This document shows, piece after piece, positions 39,144-47,631 of a DNA stretch of 64,000 nt; position 1 is the stretch's first letter; the number at the start of each line of letters is the position of its first letter. The notes under the pieces were generated by a model. The model was not told the origin of the DNA. It made no database searches and saw nothing but the letters and a program-made list of their open reading frames with translations. This stretch comes from a virus. The stretch spans positions 20,550 through 84,549 of the IMG/VR virus record IMGVR_UViG_3300035698_003810, one strand, 5' to 3'. Position numbers and translations under genes: made by a program.

Positions 39144-39726
39144 AGGAGTTAATGTTGTGAGAGAACAAGTTGAGGTAAATTTTAATAGAAGTCATCAGTT
39201 AGGACAAATGGGTGCCGATGAACGTGAGGCAATGTATAATCTTGTTATGGGGGTTAATCCAAAACATATATTTGAAATTGGTACATGGATGGGTGGTGGT
39301 AGTACATACATACTTGCATCAGCACTTTACAATTTGGATTGTGGTGGTAAATTACATACGGTTGAATCACATAAAGGTGCATTTAATCACGCAATACGTT
39401 TTTATGGTACATATGCCGATTTAATGCCGTTGGAACCATATGTTGATTTTAATTTAGGAAGTAGTACTGACATTTATGGTAAGATGTTAAAGGATTATGA
39501 ATCAATTGAGATGGTTCTTTTTGATGGTGCTGATGATGACCAGAGTACATTAGATGAATGGAATTTATTTAAAGATAAATTTAAAACTGGTACTATTGTT
39601 TTATGTCATGATTGGAAGACTAAAAAGGCTGATTTCATCAAGGATTTTTTATTAAATGAAGATGAATGGCAAAATATATTCATTATGGATACACAAACTG
39701 GTTTTGCTGCATTTAAAAAGAAATAA
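39127..39726 (+). CDS. Methyltransferase (Methyltransf_24-like, sugar O-methyltransferase)
   Basis: FEIGTWMGGGST...VLFDG...VLCHDW; GTG 39157 with AAGGAG RBS is a likely true start. Confidence 0.8.
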   Translation: MENFYKGVNVVREQVEVNFNRSHQLGQMGADEREAMYNLVMGVNPKHIFEIGTWMGGGSTYILASALYNLDCGGKLHTVESHKGAFNHAIRFYGTYADLMPLEPYVDFNLGSSTDIYGKMLKDYESIEMVLFDGADDDQSTLDEWNLFKDKFKTGTIVLCHDWKTKKADFIKDFLLNEDEWQNIFIMDTQTGFAAFKKK

Positions 39727-39743
39727 CAGATTGATAGAAAATA

Positions 39744-39751
39744 CATAAATA
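39744..39751 (+). promoter_or_regulatory. Late-promoter variant CATAAATA
   Basis: One mismatch to TATAAATA, intergenic, heads the 39.8-43.3 kb gene run. Confidence 0.4.
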
Positions 39752-39806
39752 CTATTATATGTCAATTATGTAGTATTTAAATATTTCATCAGGGGGAGGA
39801 TTTGTA

Positions 39807-40190
39807 ATGGACGCAACGATGATTTTTATTATTTGCACTATTATTACAGTGGTAGTATCTATTGTGGTGAGAGTAGTGTGGGATTGGGCTGGTAATAAAA
39901 ATGGGAAGAAAGAAATTGACCAACTTAAAAAAGATGTGCATGATAAAATTACAGAAAAATTTTCTATGGTGGAAAAAGTAAATGTTAATATTGAAAAACA
40001 ACGAGAAGAATTTTCAGAATTAAAAGGTCTGATATTAACTTCTTATGTTAAAAAAGAGGAATTTGAAAAACACTTAGCACGATTTGAAACTGTCAGGGAT
40101 AAGACACTTAGTAATGACAATACGATAACTATGATTAATGAGACCGTTCGCCAAAATGTGCAGAGAATGACACAGTTAGAAAACAGTTAA
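39807..40190 (+). CDS. Single-TM coiled-coil membrane protein (holin-like)
   Basis: N-terminal hydrophobic helix then coiled coil; GGGGGAGG RBS. Confidence 0.5.
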   Translation: MDATMIFIICTIITVVVSIVVRVVWDWAGNKNGKKEIDQLKKDVHDKITEKFSMVEKVNVNIEKQREEFSELKGLILTSYVKKEEFEKHLARFETVRDKTLSNDNTITMINETVRQNVQRMTQLENS

Positions 40191-40203
40191 TCGGAGATGT
40201 AAA

Positions 40204-40605
40204 ATGAAAGTTCTTATTGTAGAGGATAGTTTAGGGTTAGTTAATGTTTACGAACATTTAATCGAAAATATTATTAATAAAATCACACCCGAAGAAGATT
40301 TACAAATTATATCAATAGTAAATTATAATGAATTTATTTATTTTAAAAATGTAGATTTTGATTTAGTTATACTGGATTGGAATATTATTGGTGGCACGTC
40401 AAGACAAATAATTGAAGAGGGATACACCAACATGAAGTGTGTTATTTTCATTACTGGGTATGCAAACAATAAACAAGTTCAAATGATGTCAGAGAAATTT
40501 TCTATTCCAATTATATCAAAACCAACCACAGAATTTGAGATTTCATCAATGTTAGAAAAGGCAGTGGTGTCAATTCATTCTAATTTACCATATGCTATTG
40601 CATAA
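40204..40605 (+). CDS. Stand-alone response-regulator receiver (CheY-like)
   Basis: MKVLIVED, DLVILDW (phospho-Asp), FITGY, SKP. Confidence 0.85.
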   Translation: MKVLIVEDSLGLVNVYEHLIENIINKITPEEDLQIISIVNYNEFIYFKNVDFDLVILDWNIIGGTSRQIIEEGYTNMKCVIFITGYANNKQVQMMSEKFSIPIISKPTTEFEISSMLEKAVVSIHSNLPYAIA

Positions 40606-40622
40606 ATTTAAGAGGTAATAAT

Positions 40623-41528
40623 ATGGGTTTTTTAAATGAGTATTATGGTGACACGTGGAGAGATAAAATAGTAACTCACAGAACACCAACTGGTAGAACG
40701 TCAAGGGTGAAAGTTAGAAGTCTTCCTCCAGATGAACAGCTTAAGTATAATCCAAATAGATTTAAAAGAACTAAATCTGATACCAAAATGACAAAAGATG
40801 ATTATGATAAAATTAAATCTTCTGATGATAAAATCAGAACGGTGGATTTTTATATGGCATCACGGGATTTAGATGTTGTTGAAGATGTTAGAAATAATAT
40901 TAAAGAAGGTAAATTGATAATGGCAACAACAGATAGTAAAAATGTTATTGATTTATTCAATGATGATTTGGATGTTGTTAAGATGTTAAATGTTCCAGTA
41001 ACGGCAATCAAAAAATATCTGGATGTTGATATTGAAGATGTTGAATCTATAAGTGATTTGGAATTTAAAGATGCTGGAACTGAGGATGAAGAAAAGTTAT
41101 ATGAACTTAGTACGTTTTCAGATGCAACAATATTCCTTATTGACTTATATCCATATGTAAAGGATATCGAAATCAAATTAGATAAACATGATGACGAAGA
41201 AGATAACTTTGATGAATTGAAAGCTGAAGGTAACGGTATGTTCAAAGGATTTTATATGAATGAAGATGCCGGAAGACTCATAACAGAGATGCCTCATCTT
41301 GTAATTGGTGATAACACATATGATTTTTATATGGAAAAAGATGGTTGGGTTGATAGATTAGTAAATATAATTAAAACCGGAAATCATAGTATTCATGATA
41401 TATTAGAACCATTTTACGGTATTTATAAGGGATTTTTCCTAAAGAGATTTGAAAATTTGGAATCATGGGAACAAGATAAGTTGAAAAAGTACACACCACT
41501 CGAATTCAGATTAATCATGGGGATATAA
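40623..41528 (+). CDS. Putative internal head protein
   Basis: MGFLNEYY leader; TPTGRTSRVKV motif; internal second leader MFKGFYMNED...LITEMP. Confidence 0.45.
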   Translation: MGFLNEYYGDTWRDKIVTHRTPTGRTSRVKVRSLPPDEQLKYNPNRFKRTKSDTKMTKDDYDKIKSSDDKIRTVDFYMASRDLDVVEDVRNNIKEGKLIMATTDSKNVIDLFNDDLDVVKMLNVPVTAIKKYLDVDIEDVESISDLEFKDAGTEDEEKLYELSTFSDATIFLIDLYPYVKDIEIKLDKHDDEEDNFDELKAEGNGMFKGFYMNEDAGRLITEMPHLVIGDNTYDFYMEKDGWVDRLVNIIKTGNHSIHDILEPFYGIYKGFFLKRFENLESWEQDKLKKYTPLEFRLIMGI

Positions 41529-42533
41529 ATGAACTCATTTACAACACATTATTTTAATGAAGACTTGATAAGTGAGATGCTTATCAAAGGAAAAAGAAAA
41601 GAAGATGGTCAACAAGAGATTATGGCATTCAATAAATGGATTTATTTTCTTGATGATGAACACCCACAATGGGAAGAAATGAAAAAAGAGATTGTTGATG
41701 CTTTAGAATTGGAAGAATATGATTATGAAGATGAAGATGCATATGAATTCAAAGCAAATATTAGTGAACGTGTGCCAGATATTTTAATAGGTAACATAGA
41801 TGGTAATGATTTAAATATTGAAACACGTGGTTCATTTAAACTTGACCCACAATCTTCTATTCTTGTAAAGAAAGTTGTTAATCAATTAGGAATTGACAAC
41901 GTAGAATATATGTCGGGTGACGGTGAGTCTGAAAATGTTTCCAAATGGGATGTTAAAGGTGAGATTCCAGATGTTGCATATCATGGAACAACAACTGAAT
42001 ATTTTGATGAAATAGTAAAACTTGGTATACGTCCGGGAAGTAAAGAATCTAATTGGATTAAACAACGTATTAGTCATCCAGATAAAGTATTCTTTGCAAC
42101 TAATTTTGATGAAGCAATGAACCATGCTATTATGACTGCAAATAAACAGGGTGGGTATCCACTGGTTATTGAGTTTAAGATTCCTAATAAAGATGCAATT
42201 ATTCCTGATTATGATGTTGAAGTTCAAACTGGAGAGAAGGGTGATGATGTATTGATTAATTTATATTATGATTACATTAATAAAAGATATGATGATGGTG
42301 TTAAAACTCATAAGAACAAACCAATGTCTGTAAGTAAAGAGTTTGGTGTATATGGATACATGGGTAACATAATGCCTAAGAATATACAATCAGTTTGGGT
42401 TGCAATGGAAGAACCATCAGAAGTATATAACAAAAGTCAATTTACAGAATACGATGGCTCTGACATAGATGAACTAAAACGAGAATTAAATCCAGAAGAC
42501 TATTGGGAAGATGAAGATGAAGATGAAGAATAA
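41529..42533 (+). CDS. ADP-ribosyltransferase-fold protein (H-type, Tpt1/PARP-like)
   Basis: AYHGTT...IVKLGIRP...VFFAT...A..HA...VIEF...GNIMPKNI. Confidence 0.6.
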   Translation: MNSFTTHYFNEDLISEMLIKGKRKEDGQQEIMAFNKWIYFLDDEHPQWEEMKKEIVDALELEEYDYEDEDAYEFKANISERVPDILIGNIDGNDLNIETRGSFKLDPQSSILVKKVVNQLGIDNVEYMSGDGESENVSKWDVKGEIPDVAYHGTTTEYFDEIVKLGIRPGSKESNWIKQRISHPDKVFFATNFDEAMNHAIMTANKQGGYPLVIEFKIPNKDAIIPDYDVEVQTGEKGDDVLINLYYDYINKRYDDGVKTHKNKPMSVSKEFGVYGYMGNIMPKNIQSVWVAMEEPSEVYNKSQFTEYDGSDIDELKRELNPEDYWEDEDEDEE

Positions 42534-42597
42534 TGAGATTTTTTATACAATTTGTGACTTAAATTTTAATAATAGTGTCTATAGTTAGGAGTGTATA

Positions 42598-43299
42598 ATG
42601 TCAATTTTCAATGTGCTTAATTTATTATTAGAAACATCAGAAATTAAAGGTTATGATTTAAAAAAATATTATGATGATTTTAATAAAAAATATTTTGATG
42701 ATGAATTACCAGAGATTCCCCTTGTATATGTTAATAGTAGAAAATCTGGTGGTTGGGTTGATGCCACTATAAATAGAAAGACAGATGAAATAACAATAAA
42801 AAGATTAGCAATATCAAAATATTTTAAACGTGATGAAGATAATTTCATTCAAATAATGCTTCACGAAATGATACATGTGTATTTATTTCATAAACATATA
42901 GTTGAACGAGAACAGCATGGGGTTGAGTTTAAAAGAAAATCCCGTGACATTGAAAAACGCAGTGGAGTGAAAATACCAGAAAGTGATAGTATTGCGTCTG
43001 TTGTATCCGATGATGTCAAGTCAAAAGAATTCGATGTTATTTTTATTGACACTAAAAAATTAGAAAATAAATATAGTATTGGTGTATTTAAATCTGGATT
43101 TTTTGATAAGTTATTTAAATCAGGTGAACATAGTCTTGAAAGATTAAAACGTAGATATGAATATCCAATTTTTATACTAAAATCTGATGACAGAGTATTA
43201 TTAAAATACCCAACTCAACGAAGTAAAAATAAAATTTCTTTTTATCATATGAATAATGAAGATGCTGAAAGAATAATTGATAATTATAAAAATAGTTAA
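42598..43299 (+). CDS. SprT-like zinc metalloprotease
   Basis: YDDFNKKYFDDELP...IMLHEMIH...HGVEFK. Confidence 0.85.
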   Translation: MSIFNVLNLLLETSEIKGYDLKKYYDDFNKKYFDDELPEIPLVYVNSRKSGGWVDATINRKTDEITIKRLAISKYFKRDEDNFIQIMLHEMIHVYLFHKHIVEREQHGVEFKRKSRDIEKRSGVKIPESDSIASVVSDDVKSKEFDVIFIDTKKLENKYSIGVFKSGFFDKLFKSGEHSLERLKRRYEYPIFILKSDDRVLLKYPTQRSKNKISFYHMNNEDAERIIDNYKNS

Positions 43300-43322
43300 T
43301 GTATCAAAAATGATACATTAAC
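43295..43322. repeat. Perfect 12-bp inverted repeat (operator-like or hairpin)
   Basis: GTTAATGTATCA-AAAA-TGATACATTAAC. Confidence 0.85.
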
Positions 43323-43326
43323 GGTC

Positions 43327-43373
43327 AAAAAGGTGTGTAATGTATTAAAAATGATACATTACACACCTTTTTT
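43327..43373 (+). terminator. 21-bp-stem (bidirectional) terminator containing a second copy of the palindrome
   Basis: AAAAAGGTGTGTAATGTATTA-AAAA-TGATACATTACACACCTTTTT, one G-U pair. Confidence 0.8.
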
Positions 43374-43382
43374 ATTTTTATC

Positions 43383-43411
43383 TTGACATCCCAAATGGCA
43401 TGATATATTAT
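43383..43411 (+). promoter_or_regulatory. Sigma70-type early promoter
   Basis: TTGACA-17 nt-TATTAT (overlapping TATATT), followed by GTATCAAAAAACAAA. Confidence 0.7.
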
Positions 43412-43441
43412 TTGTGTATCAAAAAACAAAGGAGTTACATA

Positions 43442-44833
43442 ATGAAATTGAATGATTGGGAACGGAAAATACAAGATAACAAAGAATTGTCTGTTGCTAT
43501 TGAAATTATAGAAATTATAGTGGATATCGGTTATGATGCATATATTGTGGGTGGTTTCGTTAGAGATTTGATGCTTGATATTGAATCTGCTGATATAGAT
43601 ATTTCTTCAAATGTGACTGAATTGAAATTGTCTGAATTTTTTGATATAATAGATATAGGGCAGTCAAAAAAATTTGGCGTATTTGTTATTAAATATAAGG
43701 GATTTGTATTTGAGATTGCACAATATCGTTCTGACGTTTATGACGAGATTGCAGGTAAAGGTGCAGATAAAGTGAAATTGGTACAAACTTTTAAAGATGA
43801 TGCAGCAAGGCGCGATTTAACAATAAATTCTTTTGGGTTGGACTACAAAGGTAATGTTGTTGATTATTTTGGTGGTTTGTATGACATTGAACATAAAATT
43901 ATCAACACGGTCGGTAGTGCATATGATAGATTTGAAGAGGATTATATTAGAATGCTTAGATGTTTGAGATTTTCAGTTAAACTTGGATTTAGAATACATG
44001 ATGGAGTTTTTGAAGCAATAAAGGATAATGCTCATAACATAGTTAATGTTGCACCAGAAAGAATATTAAAAGAACTTAACAAAATGGCATCACTATCCGG
44101 TAGTAAATTTGCAGATGCAATAGAGTTATTGGATGAATCTGGGTTATTGTTATATATATTACCAGAAGTTATTTGGATGAAGCCATTGAAACACAACCTA
44201 AAATTTCATCCAGAAGGTGGGTCAACGGTATATGGTCATATAATCGAGGCATTAAGATGTAACAATATTCCAAATAAATTGATAAATTGGGCAATACTAT
44301 TTCATGACATTGGAAAATTAACGTCATACACTAAAGATGGTAATGGTCATCATTATTATAAACACCATTTGGAAGCCGGTGATATAATTGATAGTATTAC
44401 ACATAGACTTAAATTTGATAATGTTACAAGAGATGTGTGTAAATTTGTAGGATTGAATCATATGGTGCTTCATGATTTTTTAAAAGTAAAGAAGAGTGTT
44501 GCTATGAGATTGATTGATGATAACAATTGGGATGTGTTGTTACAAGCGTCATATTGTGACTCTAAGTGCCGTGGAGATGACCTTTTTAGTTATGATGAGT
44601 GGCAGAGGATATTAGACCGTGTAGAAAGCCTTAGAGAGTGGTTTAAAGGCAAGCAAGCTACTGATGCTATACGTAAGGTAGTTAATGGTCAAATGGTCAT
44701 GAGAGTACGTCCTGACGTTAAACCATCACCTGAGATGGGTAGAATCATAGAAGCTACTGTAGAATGGGTAATGGATAATGAAATTGATATAGAGGATATA
44801 CAATCGATAGAAGAGATAATGAGAACGGTTTAG
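43442..44833 (+). CDS. cca: tRNA nucleotidyltransferase (CCA-adding/poly(A) polymerase family) with HD domain
   Basis: YIVGGFVRD...DID, DAARRDLTINS, RFEEDYIRMLRCLRF, ERILKEL, HPEG...H...LFHDIGK; AAGGAG RBS before ATG 43442. Confidence 0.9.
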   Translation: MKLNDWERKIQDNKELSVAIEIIEIIVDIGYDAYIVGGFVRDLMLDIESADIDISSNVTELKLSEFFDIIDIGQSKKFGVFVIKYKGFVFEIAQYRSDVYDEIAGKGADKVKLVQTFKDDAARRDLTINSFGLDYKGNVVDYFGGLYDIEHKIINTVGSAYDRFEEDYIRMLRCLRFSVKLGFRIHDGVFEAIKDNAHNIVNVAPERILKELNKMASLSGSKFADAIELLDESGLLLYILPEVIWMKPLKHNLKFHPEGGSTVYGHIIEALRCNNIPNKLINWAILFHDIGKLTSYTKDGNGHHYYKHHLEAGDIIDSITHRLKFDNVTRDVCKFVGLNHMVLHDFLKVKKSVAMRLIDDNNWDVLLQASYCDSKCRGDDLFSYDEWQRILDRVESLREWFKGKQATDAIRKVVNGQMVMRVRPDVKPSPEMGRIIEATVEWVMDNEIDIEDIQSIEEIMRTV

Positions 44834-44860
44834 TTGTATAATTCCTTAATAATCTTTAGG

Positions 44861-44890
44861 ATGCCTGTATTTTTTGATACAGGCATTTTT
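44861..44890 (+). terminator. Rho-independent terminator
   Basis: ATGCCTGTAT-tttttg-ATACAGGCAT then TTTT. Confidence 0.75.
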
Positions 44891-44896
44891 AATTTA

Positions 44897-44904
44897 TATA
44901 AATA
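44897..44904 (+). promoter_or_regulatory. T4-type late promoter TATAAATA
   Basis: Exact consensus right after terminator, heading the MSILNE gene run. Confidence 0.72.
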
Positions 44905-44922
44905 ATAACATAAGGGGTTTAT

Positions 44923-45229
44923 ATGATATGTTTTGAAGTGATGACAAACCTTGAGCTTTTGGTTGATAAATGGAAAAGCATCGGTGTTGAATTAAGAATC
45001 ATTGAATATGAAGACCATTACTATTTGGCAAAGATTGTAGTACCAGAAGAAAAAAGAAATCAAGGTATAGGTACACAGATATTGAAAGAACTCAAAGAGT
45101 ATGCTGGTGAGAAGGAACTAAACCGTTCTCATTATCTCTTCTTATTGTATACCGACAATAGGTTATGGTGCATCATCAAAAAGAAGATTAAAGAATTTTT
45201 ATAAAAAGAATAATATATTTATAGAATAA
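44923..45229 (+). pseudogene. Frameshifted GNAT acetyltransferase, paralog of 46329
   Basis: KIVVPEEKRNQGIGT in frame 1; the C-terminal PTIGYGASSKRRLKNFYKKN (cf. PSKDFGATSIPRLIKFYKR) is in the +1 frame, ending TAA 45227-45229. Confidence 0.7.
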
Positions 45230-45244
45230 AATGAGGATTATATA

Positions 45245-45706
45245 ATGTCAATCTTAAATGAAATCAACTCACAGTTATATGAAGCAATCAAAAAAGTTAA
45301 AGTTTTAGAAAGTGAAGACCTCGCCAAATCATGTTTTGGATTAGTAAAGTATAATAATGGACTTTACAAATCAGACAAACAAAAATGGTTCATAGAAAAT
45401 AAAATCAAAGCTGGAAAAGAAATTGAACAAAATGTTCCTGATGCCACTGTTGGTGTTGTTAAAACTGATTTCAATAGCACATATGGTATTGTATGGAAAT
45501 ATGTTTTAGATGGTAAAGGTGTTGTTCAACAATTAAAATTAAAGTGGAAATTGGAAAGAGGTAAATCAAAAGAACAGATTGATAGAGATTATAGGGGTAT
45601 GACTTTTAAACAGCGTGAACAAAGTGCAGGTTTACAGGGTGAAGAAATGCAGGATAAATGGGTGTTCCAAGGAACTACGGTTGTTTGGGAAAGAGAGGAT
45701 GTGTAA
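45245..45706 (+). CDS. MSILNE-leader protein, unknown function
   Basis: MSILNEINSQLYE leader; GAGG RBS. Confidence 0.55.
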   Translation: MSILNEINSQLYEAIKKVKVLESEDLAKSCFGLVKYNNGLYKSDKQKWFIENKIKAGKEIEQNVPDATVGVVKTDFNSTYGIVWKYVLDGKGVVQQLKLKWKLERGKSKEQIDRDYRGMTFKQREQSAGLQGEEMQDKWVFQGTTVVWEREDV

Positions 45707-46315
45707 ATGTCAATGTCAATCTTAAATGAAGTAGAACAAGTTATAGATGAAAGTAGAATTCCAAAAACATTAGTAGTGGTTGACATTCAACCATCATACG
45801 AAGATTATGTTCGGTATATGCTTGATGATTTTATTGAACACCTAAATGAAAATGAATACAACAAGATTGTATATCTATTCAATGGCCCGGATTTAGGAAT
45901 GGAAGGCTTCGATGAGATTTACGAATGGCTACTTGATAATGGATTGGATGAGGCAGTTCACATTGACCAAACATTCGAAAAGAATTATGCTTTCTTCAGA
46001 GATGTTATGGATGAAGGTATTCTTGATGATGATGAGATGATTGAACTTGGAAAATACATGATTGAAAATGATGTCAGTGATGTTAGAGATATGAGTGAAG
46101 AAGATTGGGATGCTCTTTCATTTGATGTTGACAAGAAAGAAGAACTACAATTAGAAAATCATGGATTTTATATTCCTGACGTTGCAGATGAATTAAAACA
46201 TTTGGATAATATCGTATTAGTCGGTGGTGGTGAAACTGAATGTTTACGTGAGGTTGAACTACTTCTTGACATGTTAGGAAAACCATATGACCGTATAGAG
46301 AATTTAATATACTAA
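45707..46315 (+). CDS. Isochorismatase/cysteine-hydrolase-fold protein with MSILNE leader
   Basis: LVVVDIQP (Asp), FEKNY (Lys), LVGGGETECL (Cys) triad pattern. Confidence 0.65.
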   Translation: MSMSILNEVEQVIDESRIPKTLVVVDIQPSYEDYVRYMLDDFIEHLNENEYNKIVYLFNGPDLGMEGFDEIYEWLLDNGLDEAVHIDQTFEKNYAFFRDVMDEGILDDDEMIELGKYMIENDVSDVRDMSEEDWDALSFDVDKKEELQLENHGFYIPDVADELKHLDNIVLVGGGETECLREVELLLDMLGKPYDRIENLIY

Positions 46316-46328
46316 TAAGGATGTGTAA

Positions 46329-46700
46329 ATGTCAATCTTAAATGAAATATCATTATATGAAGGTGTTTATGATGTAATACAAAAATGGAAAAGTGATGGT
46401 ATTGATATATCATTAATTGCCAGTGGTGATAAATATTTAAAACTTGATAAAATAGTAATACCAAAAAGTTTACGTGGTGATGGTGTAGGTTCGAAGGTAA
46501 TGAATGATATTATAAACTTAGGTGATACAATGAAAAGAACAATTACATTAACACCATCTAAAGATTTTGGTGCAACGTCTATTCCTCGTTTAATAAAGTT
46601 TTATAAACGTTTTGGTTTTATTGACAACAAAGGTAAAAATAAAGATTTTGATATAAATTATTCTATGTATAGATTACCAGAGGGAACAAATGAAGTTTAA
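46329..46700 (+). CDS. GNAT acetyltransferase with MSILNE leader
   Basis: IVIPKSLRGDGVGS acetyl-CoA motif; RLIKFYKRFGF. Confidence 0.85.
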   Translation: MSILNEISLYEGVYDVIQKWKSDGIDISLIASGDKYLKLDKIVIPKSLRGDGVGSKVMNDIINLGDTMKRTITLTPSKDFGATSIPRLIKFYKRFGFIDNKGKNKDFDINYSMYRLPEGTNEV

Positions 46701-47196
46701 AGAGCATTATTTGAAAGAAGAAAACGGGTTTGAAGTTTACTGTGATATGGATGGTTGCCTAACCGACTTCAAGAAAGCATATGCAAAGTACTCTGATATA
46801 GATATGGATGAAGCAGAGAGAAGATATACAGCATCTTCAGAGAAGTTTTGGGAGCCTGTCAATGATGCTAAAGTAAAATTCTGGTCTGAGATGGAATGGA
46901 TGCCCGATGGTAAACAGTTATGGGAGTACATAACACCACATAATCCAACAATCCTTACGTCTCCTTCAAAGGGAACTGCTTGTCCAAAAGGTAAAACAAT
47001 TTGGGTAAAAAGAGAACTTGGTGAAAAAACTCCAGTGATAATTGAACGTGACAAATATAAATACTCAGGAGATAACAAAATACTCATAGATGACACAGAA
47101 CAGAAGATTACAGATTGGGTTGACAAAGGTGGAATAGGAATTCTTCACACGTCAAGCGAAGATACAATCAAACAATTCAAGGAAATAATGGGATAA
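46690..47196 (+). CDS. HAD-family 5'(3')-deoxyribonucleotidase-like protein
   Basis: YCDMDGCLTDF, ILTSP, GKTIWV, ILIDD; leader MKFKEHYLKE. Confidence 0.85.
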   Translation: MKFKEHYLKEENGFEVYCDMDGCLTDFKKAYAKYSDIDMDEAERRYTASSEKFWEPVNDAKVKFWSEMEWMPDGKQLWEYITPHNPTILTSPSKGTACPKGKTIWVKRELGEKTPVIIERDKYKYSGDNKILIDDTEQKITDWVDKGGIGILHTSSEDTIKQFKEIMG

Positions 47197-47627
47197 TGTC
47201 AATCTTAAATGAATTTAACAATCTATTATGTGAAAGTGAGTACCAATCGGTGCATCAAGCTGACTATGAAGTGGATTATCACCCACCATTATATGATTTA
47301 CATAAGACAGGGATTGCACCGGATGATATGTATAACAATCCAATGATATATTCTCAAACTGACAAACAAGCAGGTGCTGAATCTGCGGAAGTAATTCAAT
47401 CAGTGTATGAAAAACCAGATGAGATTGTTACGATATATAGGGGTGTTCCTGATAACGTGAATGATATTAACGATGGTGATTGGGTTACGCTGTCATTGAC
47501 ATATGCAGAAGGCCATGTCGAAGGTGAAGAGAACATGCATGTGATTTCTAAAGAAGTTCCTGCAAAGCAAGTTATATGGCAAGGTGATGATATTAATGAA
47601 TTTGGTTATTTTATAAAAGGGGAATAA
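47196..47627 (+). CDS. ADP-ribosyltransferase-fold protein (R-S-E type) with MSILNE leader
   Basis: TIYRGV...GDWVTLSLTYAEGH...VPAKQV...INEFGY. Confidence 0.55.
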   Translation: MSILNEFNNLLCESEYQSVHQADYEVDYHPPLYDLHKTGIAPDDMYNNPMIYSQTDKQAGAESAEVIQSVYEKPDEIVTIYRGVPDNVNDINDGDWVTLSLTYAEGHVEGEENMHVISKEVPAKQVIWQGDDINEFGYFIKGE

Positions 47628-47631
47628 TATA

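Larger units (their letters stand above)
45245..47213 (+). repeat. Four identical 18-nt gene-start repeats ATGTCAATCTTAAATGAA
   Basis: Copies at 45245, 45713, 46329 and 47196; degenerate copy at 42598. Confidence 0.95.

Noticed and set aside
45245-47213. 18-nt repeat as a CRISPR array or attC-type integron site
   Set aside because: Spacing 470-870 nt, repeats are coding gene starts, not palindromic; no cas or integrase in window
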